64,000 nucleotides of DNA from Malacoraja senta (Eukaryota). The stretch covers positions 25,916,001-25,980,000 of the forward strand of contig CM075984.1 of the NCBI GenBank assembly GCA_038087875.1. Direction: 5' to 3'. The notes below the pieces were generated by a model. The model saw only the letters and a list, made by a program, of their open reading frames with translations. It was not told the DNA's origin and made no database searches. The position numbers were made by a program, and so were the translations under genes. Below are positions 50,200-62,650 of the stretch, piece by piece (the stretch's first letter is position 1; each line of letters opens with the position of its first letter).

Positions 50200-50924
50200 C
50201 ATGGGCGGAAATCCTGGGGGGGGGGGGGGGGCATGTCCCCCCCCCAAGTTTTGAGATGGGGGACAATCCCCCCCCATCCCATGTTTTGTAATCCGAATTT
50301 TAAAACTCGGTGGAAAAAAAAATCTATTAAAAATCTCCGCTTTCCGTGAGACAGTGGGGGTGGGACTGATGATCGAGGGTGCCGATTGGACGAGAGTGAC
50401 GTCGGTCAGCATGCAGTGGGGGGGGGGGGAGGACATGATGATTCAGCGCGATGATTGGAGGAGGGAGGTGTCGGTCAGAGGTGGAAATAGGGGGGGTGGG
50501 ACTGAGGATCGAGCGCGGTGATTGGAGGATGGAGGTGTCCTGGTGGAGCAAAGATCACAGAGCGGAGCTTGAATCTGCCCGTTCGCGGGGCTTTTCATCG
50601 CCCGGCGTGGCTTAAAATCGGCCGTGGGATCTTTCACCGCTGTCAAGTTGCTGCGTCGAGGTGATCGAGGCTCCCGATGTTGAAGCCCCCGCCAGGCAAT
50701 GAAAGGCCCCGCAAACGGGCCGATTGAAGCCCCACGATTCGGGGCGGACGGAGCTACTGTTGCTGGAGTTAGGAGTCACCAACCAGGTCAGCTCCCGATG
50801 TTACCGTACACATGGTCCACGGCTGAAGCCTCCAAAGCCTTGCTTGCCTGTGTGTGCGCATGCTGACCGCCGTCTCTAAGAAATTGTGTGTCCCACCATG
50901 TTTTGATAGCGATTTCTGCCCCTG
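50200..50924. mobile_element. hAT-type non-autonomous DNA transposon (copy 2)
   Basis: TIRs CATGGGCGGAAATC / GATTTCTGCCCCTG. Perfect 8-bp TSD TTACAGGC at 50192-50199 and 50925-50932. Confidence 0.9.
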
Positions 50925-52049
50925 TTACAGGCTGCATTTGAGAACTGGAGCAGCAGCTGGATGATATCCAGATCATCCGCTGGGTGACCTCTGGATCATC
51001 CAGGAGACTGTCATAGATAGGAGTTACAGTGAGGTCATAACACCAAGGGTACTGGCAGAAAGTAGATGGGTGACCACCAGGAAAAGGAATAGACAGAGTG
51101 CCTTACCGAAGGCTCCCGCCCTCAAATGTCACCCATCCATCTTCTCTAGACATGCTGCCTGCTGCTGTGTTTTGTGCCTTTTTTTGTAAACCAGCATCTG
51201 CAGTTCCTTGTGTCTCCATGAAGGCGAGGGAACTTGGGCCAGTCAATGAGGATGTCAGGAGGACGGTCCGTATAACGGTCAAGTAGGTGCTGGATGTCCT
51301 CGGACATATGAAGGTAGATAAATTTCCCGGGCCTGATCAGATGTATTGAAGGATGCTGTGGGAAGCTAGAGAAAAAATTGGGGGGCTCCTGGCTGCGATA
51401 TATGAATCATTGTTAGACTCTAGTGAGGTGCCGGATGACTGGAGTGTGGCTGATGCTGTGTCTTTATTTAAGAAGAACTTCAAGGCCAAGCCTGGGAACT
51501 AGACGAGTGAGCCTAACTTAAGTTATTAGAGAGGATTCTGAGGGATAAGATGTGAATGCATATGGACAGATAGGCTGATTAGGCATAGTCAGCCTGGTTT
51601 TGTACATGGGAAATCGTGTCATGAATTTGAGCTTTTTTGAAGAGGTAACCAAAAAAGGTTGACGATGGCAAGGGTGTAGTCGTTGTCCATATGGACTTCA
51701 GCGAGGCTTTTGATAAGGTTCCATCTGGTAGGCTGCTCTCTAAGGTCAGATCATATAGGATCTGGGGAGAGCTAGCAAACTGGATAAAAAATTAGTTTCA
51801 TGGAAGGAAACAGAGTGGTGGTGGTAAGATGTTTTTTGGACCGGATGCCTGTGTCAAGTGGTGTGCCTCGGGGATCGGTGCTGGGCCCAATGCTGCTTGT
51901 GGTTTATTTCAACAAATTTGGATGACAATGCACAAGGCATGATGAGTACATTTGCAAATGACATTAAAGTGGGTGGTATTGTAGATAGCGAAGATGGTTT
52001 TAAAAATTGCAGCATTAGACAATAGACAATGTAAATAGACAATAGTTGG

Positions 52050-52665
52050 CCTTTATAACAAGAGGAGTTGAGTATTTGAGCAAAGAGGTCTATCTGCAGT
52101 TGTATAAGGCCCTAGTGAGACCACACCTGGCGTATTGTGGTCCCCTAATTTGAGGAAGGACATTCTTACTATTGAGGGAGTGCAGCATAGGTTTACAAGG
52201 TTAATTCCCGGGATGGCGGGACTGTCATATGCTGAGAGAATGGAGCGGCTGGGCTTGTATACTCTGGATTTAGAAGGATGAGAGGGGATCTTATTGAAAC
52301 ATAAGATTATTAAGGGTTTGGACACGCTAGAGGCAGGAAACATGTTCCCAATGTTGGGGGAATCCAAAACCAGGGGCCACAGTTTAAGAATAAGGCATAA
52401 GCCATTTAGAATGGAGATGAGGAAACACTTTTTCTCTCAGAGAGTTGTGAGTCTGTGGACTTCTCTGCCTCAGAGGGTGGTGGAGGCCAGTTCTCTGGAT
52501 ACTTTCAAGAGTGAGCTAGATTGGGCTCTTAAAGATAGTGGAGTCAGGGGATATAGGGAGAAGGCAGAAACGGGGTACTGATTGGGGATGATCAGCCATG
52601 ATCACGTTGAATGGTGGTGCTGGCTTGAAGTGCCGAATGGCCTACTCCTGCACCTATTGTCTATC
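52050..52665 (+). mobile_element. Young CR1 LINE 3' end
   Basis: ORF 52294-52581 and the conserved tail ending CCTATTGTCTAT. Confidence 0.9.
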
Positions 52666-52781
52666 TGCTTCTTCGTCCATGCTTTGCATTCCTTGCTGAG
52701 ATCATATGGTTCGTGTCCATACTTCTAACATGTCCTCCGATTTATACCAATTACCTAAATTAGACTAAAGAAAGACCTCGG

Positions 52782-53329
52782 AAGGTCCATCTGTCTCCTC
52801 GGATTCTGGTGAACTTCTACCGCTGCACCATCGAGAGCATCCTTACCAACTGCATCACAGTATGGTATGGCAACTGCTCTGTCTCCGACCGGAAAGCACT
52901 GCAGAGGGTGGTGAAAATTGCCCAACGCATCACCGGTTCCTCACTCCCCACCATTGAGTCTGTCCAAAGCAAGCGTTGTCTGCGAAGGGCGCTCAGCATC
53001 GCCAAGGACTGCTCTCACCCCAACCACAGACTGTTTACCCTCCTACCATCCGGGAGGCGCTACAGGTCTCTCCGTTGCCGGACCAGCAGGTCCAGGAACA
53101 GCTTCTTCCCTGCGGCGGTTACACTACTCAACACTGTACCTCGGTGACTGCCAATCACACACCCCCCCCCCCGGACACTCCTCCCACCAGGATTTATTAG
53201 ATTAGATTTATTTATTTACTGCTCATATTTATGTCGCTCTTCTAGGGAGATGCTAACTGCATTTCGTTGTCTCTGTACTGTACACTGCACAATGACAATA
53301 AAGTTGAATCTGAATCTGAATCTGAATCT
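52782..53329 (+). mobile_element. Rex1/Babar-type LINE 3' end
   Basis: ORF 52809-53147 (NFYRCTIESILTNCITVWYG...LQRVVK...HP...F.LLPSGRRYRS...SFFP.AV.LLN), then AATAAA and an (AATCTG)n tail. Confidence 0.88.
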
Positions 53330-55407
53330 TACCTCCTCAATCCCCATGGAGTGGCTATCTACTAAAACAAAATTATTATTCCCTTGACAAGAACTGCAAT
53401 ATTTGATTATTTGCTGTTGTGCTGCTTGCAAAATTGTCGCCACGGAATGGCAGATAGAATGTAGTTCTGACAAGTGTGAAGTGGTGCATTTTGATAAGTT
53501 AAACTAGGGCAGAACATACACAGTAAATGACAGGAACCTGGGGAGTGTTATTAAACATGAGACTGAGTGGTAAAAGTGGTAACAGGTAGACAAGATTGTG
53601 AAGAAAGCATCTGGCGTGCTTGCCTTCATTGGACGGAGCATTGAGTACAAGAGTTGGAACGTCATGTTACAGCTGTACAAGATCTTGGTGCCGTTGCACC
53701 GAAATACTGTGCGCAGTTTGGGTTACTGCATTATTGGAAGGATGTGATTAAATTAGAGCTGGTGCCGATTCACAAGGATGTTGCTGGGAATGGAGGACTT
53801 GCATTATAAGCAGAAACTGGATTGGCTAGGACTGTTTCCCCTGTAGCAGAGGAGGCTGAAGGGTGACATGTATAGTGGTTTATAAAATCATGAGTGGCAT
53901 AGATAAGAGGGATGGACACTGTCTTTTCCTGTGAATTGGGAGTCTAAAACTAAAGGGCAAAGATTTAATGTGAGCCATACAACAGTACAACATAGGAAAC
54001 TGGTCCCTCGGCCCAGCTCGTTCTTGTTGATCAAGGTGCCTAACTGAGTAAGTGAAACTTGCCTGTGTCTGCTTCATATCCCTTCAAACCTTTCCTGTCT
54101 ATGTACCTATCCAAGTGTTTTTTAAATGCCATAATTATACCTACCTCTACCAATTCCTCTGAGAGGGAGGATTTAAAGGGGACATGAGGGCAAGTTTACC
54201 CCAGTTGCCAAAGGAAGTGGTAGCACAGAGTACAATTATAATGTTTGAAAAACATTTGGACTAGCTCTAATAGGTACTTTGGTTGGCATGGGTGATTTTG
54301 GCCAGAGAGCATGTTTTCATGGCATAATTGTGACTATTCAAGTCCTCTTGAAGAATGCCACGAGGTATTTGGAAATAAGATTGTTGAGTTTTAAAGAGAT
54401 CTGTAATTGATTTGATCTGTAGAGGCAAATTACAACACTATTAGGCAGGAGCTCAGGAGCATACATTGGGAGCAGTTGTTATTGGGTAATGTTTAAGTTA
54501 AATGGTATTAATAGTGATTTGGTGTTGTAGAACTGAGATACCTAGGAGTACCAGTACATAGTTCCTTGAGGTGGCACTACGTGGACAGGATAGTGAAGAG
54601 AGCATTTGGCAGGCTTGCCTTCAGTCTGGGCATAGGGCTCGGTAGTTGCGACATTGTATTGTATATTGTATATCTTTATTGTCATTTCCTGAGTATTCAC
54701 ATACCCAGAGGAAACAAAAAAACGTTCCTCAACCAGTGTCCATTTCAGTGTGCAGTAAAAAATAAATAGAAGTAAAAATACATATATCATGAACAAATTA
54801 ACACTCTACTCAACATCAACAGGCATTCCGATCGGCAGCGGCACGACAGTGGCTCTGCTGCCGTGTGTCCAGGTTGGTGGTTGGTGCCTCATATGACATC
54901 ATATTGTAACTGTACAAGTTCCTGGTGAGATTTGAGTTGAGGGTGGAGGGTATATGGAGCGAGCTGCCAGAGGATGTGGTAGAGGTGGGTACAAATACAT
55001 TTTTTTTTAAAGACATCTAGTCAGGTACATTAATATAAAAGATTTAAAGGGATATGGGCAAAACACAGGCAAATTATCTCGATTGGATAAACAACTTGGT
55101 CAGCATGGACGAGTTGTGCTGAAGGACATGTTTCCATGCTGAATAACTATTACACTCCATGGCTCTAAACTAATTGTTATACCTAAAGCACTGAAGAGTT
55201 TGAATTTAGTTCAAAGCAGCATGGCATTTGCCACCCAACTTAACTAATTGTAAATCCGATAGTTATATATATATCATAGAGCGGAGAAACAAGCCCTTCG
55301 GCCCAACTTGCCCATGCCGACCAACATGCCATCTACACTAGTCTCACCTGCCCACGCTTGGCCCATAATCTTCTAAACCCATCTTATCTATGTACCTATC
55401 CAAATAT

Positions 55408-56205
55408 CGGTCCATCCGAGTGGTGGCGCCATCAAGTGTGGCAGTCTTGCCAGCAGCTGTCTGTCCTTTCATCCTTTTTATTATTTTTAGTCTGTCAAAG
55501 TTTGTTTTTGGAGGTCTTTTAGTCCTTTTTATGTGGGGGGGGCCGTCTTCTCAGTCACTACCTGGTTGAGGATACGTCTTTTTTCAGAGCCGCTTCTTCG
55601 CCCCCCCTCGCGGCCTACCATCTGTATTGGCGCGGCCTTTCCTGCCGGAGCCCGGCCAGAGCTTCAGCAGCGGCACAGCACTCAATTACCATCGTGGAGC
55701 GGGCGATGCCTTACTGGGATCGCCATGTTGGAGCTCCGGAGTGTTGGGCCTGCCGACTTCCAGCTGAGGGCGGCGCTGGCTTTAACATCGCGAAGGCCTG
55801 GGATCTTTCGCCGAGGATCGCCAGTGTTGGAGTTCCGCCCATCTGGACCTGTGGACTTCTGAAGCTGCGGTCTCCGGTAGGAAGCGGCTGATTCGGAAAC
55901 TCCAAGCCGCTGAGAGTGTTCTTCCGTTCCGACGCCGGAGCTCCGATCATCCTGGCGAGAGGGCCTGAAACATCGGGCTCCGTTGCTGCGACTGCAGAGG
56001 CCTCAATAGGCCCCGACCACGGGTGAACAAGCGGAAGAGGACTGAACTTTGTTGCCTTCCCTCACAGTTGGAAACGTAGATTCCGCTGTTGGGGGATGTT
56101 TTTATGTTTTATGTTAAATTCTATAGTGTTGTGTTTATCTTATTTGTGTGCTGCATGGTAACTAATTTCACTGCACCAATTGGTGTATGTGACAATAAAT
56201 GTCCT
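55408..56205 (+). mobile_element. CpG-rich non-autonomous retroposon-like insertion in a CR1 tail
   Basis: Interrupts a minus-strand CR1 3' end and ends in TTTCACTGCACC...GTGACAATAAA, resembling the Rex1-type tail. Family not identified. Confidence 0.45.
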
Positions 56206-57103
56206 TTATTCTTTATATACCCACCATCCATTGTGTAAAAAAAGTTACCCCTGAGGCTCTTATTAAATCTTTCTTCTCACCCCCCCCCCCCCCCCCCCAT
56301 ATCACCATTAACCCATGTCCTCTGGATATCAATTCACCTATTCAGGGCAAAAGACTGTGCCTTTTCCCCACCTATTCCTCATATGATCTTGTACACCTCT
56401 AAAAGCTGTTGGAGTTCCGCCCAGCTCATTCTCCTACACTTCAAGGAATAAAGTCCTAGTCTGTTTAACCTCTCCTTAAAGTCCAGGCCCTCAAGTCCTG
56501 GCAACATCCTCGTAAATCTCTGCACCCTTTCAAGGTAGACAACATCTTTCCAATAATATGGTGACCAAAATCGAACACAATACACTATATGTGGTCTCAC
56601 TGACGTCTAGTATAACTGCATTTTGACCCCTCAACGTCTATACTCAATGTTTACCAAAATGCTGCTTGGATTAGAGGGTACCATCTACAGGCAGAAGTTG
56701 GAAAGACTCGGATTCTTTTCACTGAAATGTTGGTGTTTGAGGGGAGTCGATAGGAGTATATAAAATTATGAGAGGTGGACGGTCAGAATATTTTTTTCCA
56801 GGGTGAAAATGTCCAAAACTAGGGGGCGTGGCCATAAGGCGAGAGGAGGGAGGTTTAATGGAGATGTGCAGATCAAGTTACTTACACAGATCGTAGTGGA
56901 GGGCCTTGCCGGGGGTAGTGCTGGAGGCCGATAAGGTGCCATTTTAGAGTTTTTTAGATAGGCACATAGAAGTATAGTGTCTAGGGGGATATAGATCATG
57001 TACAGGCAGATGAGATCAGTTTAACTTGGCATCATGTGCGGGCACAAACATTGGGGGCCGAAGAGCCCATTCCTGTGCTGTATTGTTCAGTCTAATGGTG
57101 CAG

Positions 57104-60100
57104 AATAGTAAGATTAAACGAGAACTTACCTAAGTTTGAAGTTTGATCTTTATTTTATGAGGAGTTACGTTGGTGATTACGTGAAGAACCCCGCCAGTGC
57201 GCCTGCGCGTCAATCTTCGAAGCAGCGGTGTGAAATCACAAAAAACAACAAGCGAAGTAATATAGTATCATAATAAAACGAGTAATACAAGAACTTCCAT
57301 CTGACCTTTATGATAGAGGGTTGGGTCTTGGTGGGCACGTAATCACCAACGTAACTCCTCATAAAATAAAGATCAAACTTCAAACTGGTAAGTTCTCGTT
57401 TAATCTTACTATTTTACTTCGGAGTCACGTGAGTGACTACGTGAAGATTTTAAAGCTTTGGGATTTCATGCCGCAGACAAATCCCGGCTTCTCACTGCAT
57501 TGATTGACTCGGAACGAGAATATTCAATAATGCATTAATAATAACATTTGTACCACAAATGCAGTAATTCATTTATTTGAATAAAAGAATGAATAGTATC
57601 CCCTTTAACCCAGGAAAAATTAAGCAGAATATAGTAAAAGTGTTGAAACACCAACTTATTAGATCACCCTGTGAGAATATGATCGACGGGACTTCCTTCG
57701 CCCTGGTCGTCGATGTTGCTGCTAAACTGAATGGAATGTAAAACCATCAATGTTCACACGTACAGCAACTAAAACTTGTTTTTAACCATCTTAAAATAGT
57801 CTAAACTGACACCATCTTGTATGGTTTTTCGTGAATGATAAACAATCTTGTTTTCATATTTCATAAGATCTTTGTAGCCTCAATTATTTGCAATAAATAT
57901 GTCTTAACATATAGACATGGATCCATAGAATATGTTAATAAAACAATCTTGAATCCTGTCACACCTGATCCTACTTCATTCGAGTAGTTCATAAAATGTA
58001 AAACATAACATAATCCTGAGGTACTTCTGTGTATCTGTAACTTAGTAATGTTACAAGTGCCATAAACATGACTACCTTCATGCTGAACTTGGCCAAATCA
58101 GAATCGTACCAAGACTCCTTTGATAAAGTAGCTTAAAACAATTCTATATTCCAGATTCCCTCCTAGGTTTAGAAGGTCTAGAATTAAAATTCCTTTCATT
58201 AATCTGGAAATAAAAGAACGAGACTCAACAGGACGTCTTTCCAACCTCATCAAATAAAAACGAGGAATAATATACTTCTGTGTGAATAAATCGCACTATA
58301 CCTCAACCCATTAAATAGAGGTCAATCCAAGATATTTGAGACATGTGCCGTACAACATTCCATATTCTTTTATATACAGAAATGTTTTCCCCTCATTCTT
58401 TACATAATGGGAAAGCAGTATTTACAGAGTCACAACTCAGATTCACAAATGTACTGCTTTTGAGTACTCTTCCGCCAGACTGCTGTAAGCATGTCCACAG
58501 CATGCCCAGACAATCCTCTTTTTTAAAACCTGCATCCATACAGGCATATGACGGATGTTACTCCAATTATCGAATACACCAGTAACTTCCTTTTGGGAAC
58601 ATTTATCAGAAACTGTGTCATATTCCAATATCAAAGGGAACCATGGCTGCGTAGACCCGTCTGGTACCACGAATACCCCAGAGGCAGCATACTGCTTCGA
58701 TTTAAGCAGACACCAATTTATGAGACAGGATGAAGTAAAATGCATATAACAACATACCATCCTAATATAGCGAGAAACATCCATCGCTACTGTCTCCCGA
58801 TATAGTCCCATAACACATATCTCTGTAACTGGTGATTGAGTCTGGATGGAAACAAGTCATATCTGGCTTCCCAAATCTGACTATTATATCCTTAAAAAAT
58901 CTTACGGTTAAACATCCATTCTTTGTTATGGAAATTCCACCCATACAATTAATACATGCCATTGCTGAAGTGTTGTTAATTTGAAACAACATGCAGATTA
59001 GTTGTATTTAACAACAAGCTTGTAGCTCATAAGCCTTCCAATAGACTTTAAAACGTCGATTCTCCATGTCTGTAAAATAATGCTTCTTCCATATTCCATC
59101 TGTCCACAGATGGGTACCTTTTCAGTGGCACCAATCCTAGTACACTGATATCAGTCTGTTAAGACCATGGTAGGCTGTTCAATCCGTATCTTGCTTGAAC
59201 TACTGAAGACATGTTAAATCCACTACTGCAATCAGAAGCAGCATTTGTTGTTTAATTGTATGGCCTATCAAAAAATGGCCATCATGCATCTTAGTGTTTT
59301 TTTATTTTTGCAGTCTGCAGCTGCTGGTAGTCCAATGGCCCATATTGTATTGCTGGAGATAACACTAATTCTCCTAACAAGCTGGCCACCTGTCTTAATT
59401 GAAGATTGTTGCTTTTCCAACTGCTTAATACAACCATCAATTAGCTTTACCCTTTACCCTGGGTAAATTACTACCTTTTCAATTGAATCAAATAATCAAT
59501 TGTTGTAAGTATCGTTAACTTAATTTCTCTCTGGATGAATTAAACCCAACTTTCAAAAGTGGTTTGAATAATTTGAGAGAGATAACTCACGAATTCTCTT
59601 GTTCGTCCTAATTAGGACATCATCCAGTTAAGCCATCCACATCTGTCCTTGGACTCTAATTAGCCGCAAAATTGGTTTTACCAATTTAGTGAATTTCTAG
59701 GGACTGAAGTTAACCCGTTAGACAAAACTTTGAATTGCCATAATTGTTCCTTTAGATAATTTTATCTTATAAATGAACAAACACTAAGTAATATACATCT
59801 TTCAGATCTATAAGTGCCATAAAACATATTTTTTGAAATAAATTGTTTGGCAGTCTCAACGTCTCTATTTTGAAGTGTCTATACTTCACTAAATTTTTAA
59901 AGATTTGTCAGATCTAAAATACTCCTCACCTTTTTAGGTTGAGAAATGTTAAACACAATTTGGTGGTTTTGATAAACCGACCTTTCAATTATTTGTTTAT
60001 AAACAAGTTTTCAATTCAGCTTGAACCTCCATCAATTATTTTAATGTGAAATTTGAGTGTTCTGCTTGGAACATGCTGGATGGCAAATCAGTATTTGAAT

Positions 60101-61819
60101 CGAATCAATTAGAAACCTTTCTATAATACTCAGAATAATAACTGAAGTAATTTACTTCCAATATTTGGCTGTTTTTGCCTTAATATGTTCCCATAAGAAC
60201 CAGGTCCACCTACCTCCTTTGTCATCTGAGTGACCTGTGGTCCCTGGTTCTTGGCAGGCAAAACCCACGCTTTTTCGTTTTCCTGCTGCGGGACATCAAC
60301 TGCGTACCTGCTTCAATGGTCGATTTGATCCTGATGTCGGTCCAGGATTTTGTATGATGTCTGAAAGGATACGTCCTCTTTGCAGACTTGACCACCATTG
60401 ATGTTGTGATCATCTTTGCTGTTTTTGCCTCATTATCCAACTCTTTCCCACGATTCATGAGGTTTTTTCTCTGAATAATAAGGTGAATGACTGCACATTG
60501 CTGGGCTTTACAGAGTTGCTGCAACTTTGGGTTGATGGTGGACCGAATGGCATACTTCCTGAAACAATTCATCTTGAAGTGGGCGCTACATAGCAACCTT
60601 AGTGCCACTTGATGCATCTCCATCCATGGCCTCCATCCATCGTTTTGCAAATTGCAGTTGTTCATCAACCCAGCAGCTTCAATATTCTCTGCAGTTTACT
60701 TTCCTTAGGCTTACATGCCTTCGCCCATCGGACCCCTTATCTTGGTTCACTGCTAGTACTTTCAGCAATACGCAGTTCCTTGGGATCTCGTGCTTTTTTT
60801 GGGGGCATTTTCATCCATCGTAAGCTACTAGAGCTGATGGCGGACACAATAGTTGATCACAGAGACCACGTCCTTTCCAGTGGCTCTCCTGACTCTGACG
60901 GGGCAGCGAATCGTACTACCAGGAGTAAAACATCTGGCAGCTGCCGTCTTCGCTTGTATCGGCCTCACCGTCAGACTCGGGGTCAGAACTCTCACAGAGT
61001 AGCAAATCGTACTGCCAGGAATAGCACATCTGGTAGCTGCCGTCTTCGCTTGTTTTGGAAACTCTGCTGACCCTGTGCACGCACCTCATCAATGAGGGTG
61101 CTATCAAGCAGCCCTTTACTAGGTGCTGCTGACCTGGCTTCTGGAGCCTGGTTCTGACATCACTCCTCCTGGAGTATGTTTTGTTGGAGCAACCTGTGTA
61201 CAGGTTATCCATTTGGAATATCCACTCAGAAAGTGGTATCCAGCCTTGGAGGTGAATCCCAAACTGACTCTTGCTCCATGGCCCTGACTTGTATGTCGCC
61301 TAGCACCCAACTGACGCCAGCTCCGTTCTTTTCTTTAATGCACAAGTCCACAGTTCGCCCCGCTCCCAGCCGGCGACTGTTGTAGGGTATGAGGCAGTCC
61401 TTTACCGACCGCATTCCCGCAGCTTTTTATCGGCTTTGCCTTGCCCCACTGGTGCTGACTAAATTCACTTCAGCCCCAATATCCCCAGTCGCTATGCTGT
61501 CTGCTGGCGACTGTACCGTGGTCAGAGGCGGCTGGTCGCCGACCGCAATCTCGCGACTTTCTACTGGCTGAGTCGCTCGCCTCCTCCCCTTGCCCGTTTT
61601 TTCCATGGCGCCTGTGGAAAAAATCCCCACAGACCCACAGCAAACGGACACGGAAATACTTCCAAAAAAGTTTATACTTACCTTGTAGTTTAAAACTACA
61701 ATTCCACTAGAGGAGCTCTGCTCCTCGCGTCCATTTGCGCCAATGCGTCTGATGTAATGACGCGCAGGCGCACTGGCGGGGTTCTTCACGTAGTCACTCA
61801 CGTGACTCCGAAGTAAAAT
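57104..61819 (-). mobile_element. Full-length DIRS1-type tyrosine-recombinase retrotransposon (ITRs + ICR), coding regions decayed
   Basis: Perfect 35-bp ITRs at 57178-57212 and 61758-61792. ICR at 57336-57447 is complementary to both outer ends. AAT at both termini. Minus-strand remnants: RT (FMALIDLKDVYY near 59790-59820; *LDD at 59619-59630), RNase H (QINNTSAMACINCMGG), methyltransferase (VVPDGSTQPWFP) and YR-like (TILRWLK; FHS..AATS...FQHFY). Confidence 0.95.
60900..61065. repeat. Internal tandem duplication (about 96-bp period) in the DIRS gag region
   Basis: Two copies of AGC(G/A)AATCGTACT..CAGGA...CATCTGG(C/T)AGCTGCCGTCTTCGCTTGT. Confidence 0.85.
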
Positions 61820-61889
61820 CTATTTTAACATTTGACCTCAATCATTCAAAAATGAATATTTTTTTCAAATGAATGAGATGCTGGTGATT

Positions 61890-62130
61890 GAGAGCACGCA
61901 TTGCTGCTGCCTCACAGCTCCAACAACCCAGCTTTGATCCTAACCTCTGGTGCTGTTTATCTGGAGTTTGCACATGGTGTCTGAGTAAGTTTGCCCCAGG
62001 TGCTCATGTTTCATCTGAAATCCCAAAGATGTCCTGGTTTGTAAGTCAAGTGGCTTCTGTAAATTATATCCATGTTATTTGATAATGGAGATATAGTCAA
62101 CGGGCATGTGACTAGGATTATAAGGAAATA
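61890..62130 (+). mobile_element. Degenerate tRNA-derived SINE (HE1/V-SINE-like)
   Basis: GCTGCCTCACAGCTCC...TTGATCC (B-box-like)...GGAGTTTGCAC central-domain-like sequence. Confidence 0.55.
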
Positions 62131-62392
62131 ATTGATGGAATTGTATTTATAGTGTTGTCTAAGAGAATACGGCGGTGAGTTTTTCTCAATTTACCACTTC
62201 TGCTTGAACTTGAAAATGCTTGTTTATGGATTAGTTCCTAGTACTAAATGATATGGTGCTATGAGCCACATGCACACTTAACTATAGCTTTAAAAGTAGT
62301 GATTTTTACCTTTGTTTAATGGAAAGAAGGGAACAGATTTTGTCCAACAAATGTGTGCAAATGCTATAATTTATTTTTGTTTCCTTTTGTAG

Positions 62393-62462
62393 ACCATGCT
62401 TCAGAGGTACAAGTAACTATGATGTTGACAGAGAGCTGCAAACTGCGGGGACTCCATCACAG
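62393..62462 (+). CDS. RYK: RYK exon (alphaC helix region)
   Basis: ttccttttgtAG|AC CAT encodes (D)HASEVQVTMMLTESCKLRGLHH(R). Donor AG|GTAAGC. 70 bp, phase 1-2. The gene continues beyond the window. Confidence 0.97.
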
Positions 62463-62519
62463 GTAAGCAAAATTAACTTTCATCTATCGTTCTTCTCAGG
62501 CAGTCCATTGGGGTTAAGT

Positions 62520-62650
62520 GTCTAAGAAGGAACTGCAGATGCTGGAAAATCGAAGGTAGACAAAAGTGCTGGAGAAACTCAGCGGGTGCGGCAGCATCTA
62601 TGGAGCGAAGGAAATAGGCAACGTTTTGGGCCGAAACCCTTCTTCAGACT
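62520..62650 (-). mobile_element. Solo Penelope-like pLTR with mutated hammerhead motif
   Basis: Minus strand CTGAAGAAGGGTTTCGGCCCAAAACGTT followed by the pLTR body, about 60 bp downstream of a RYK donor. Confidence 0.8.

Larger units (their letters stand above)
49950..53970 (+). mobile_element. Old fragmented CR1 (ORF1 + RT) hosting several nested insertions
   Basis: ORF1-like VACS..WEVRETSSVPENY..CVQLQLL near 50100-50199, resuming at 50925. RT remnants at 51250-52015 and 53435-53970. Confidence 0.75.
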
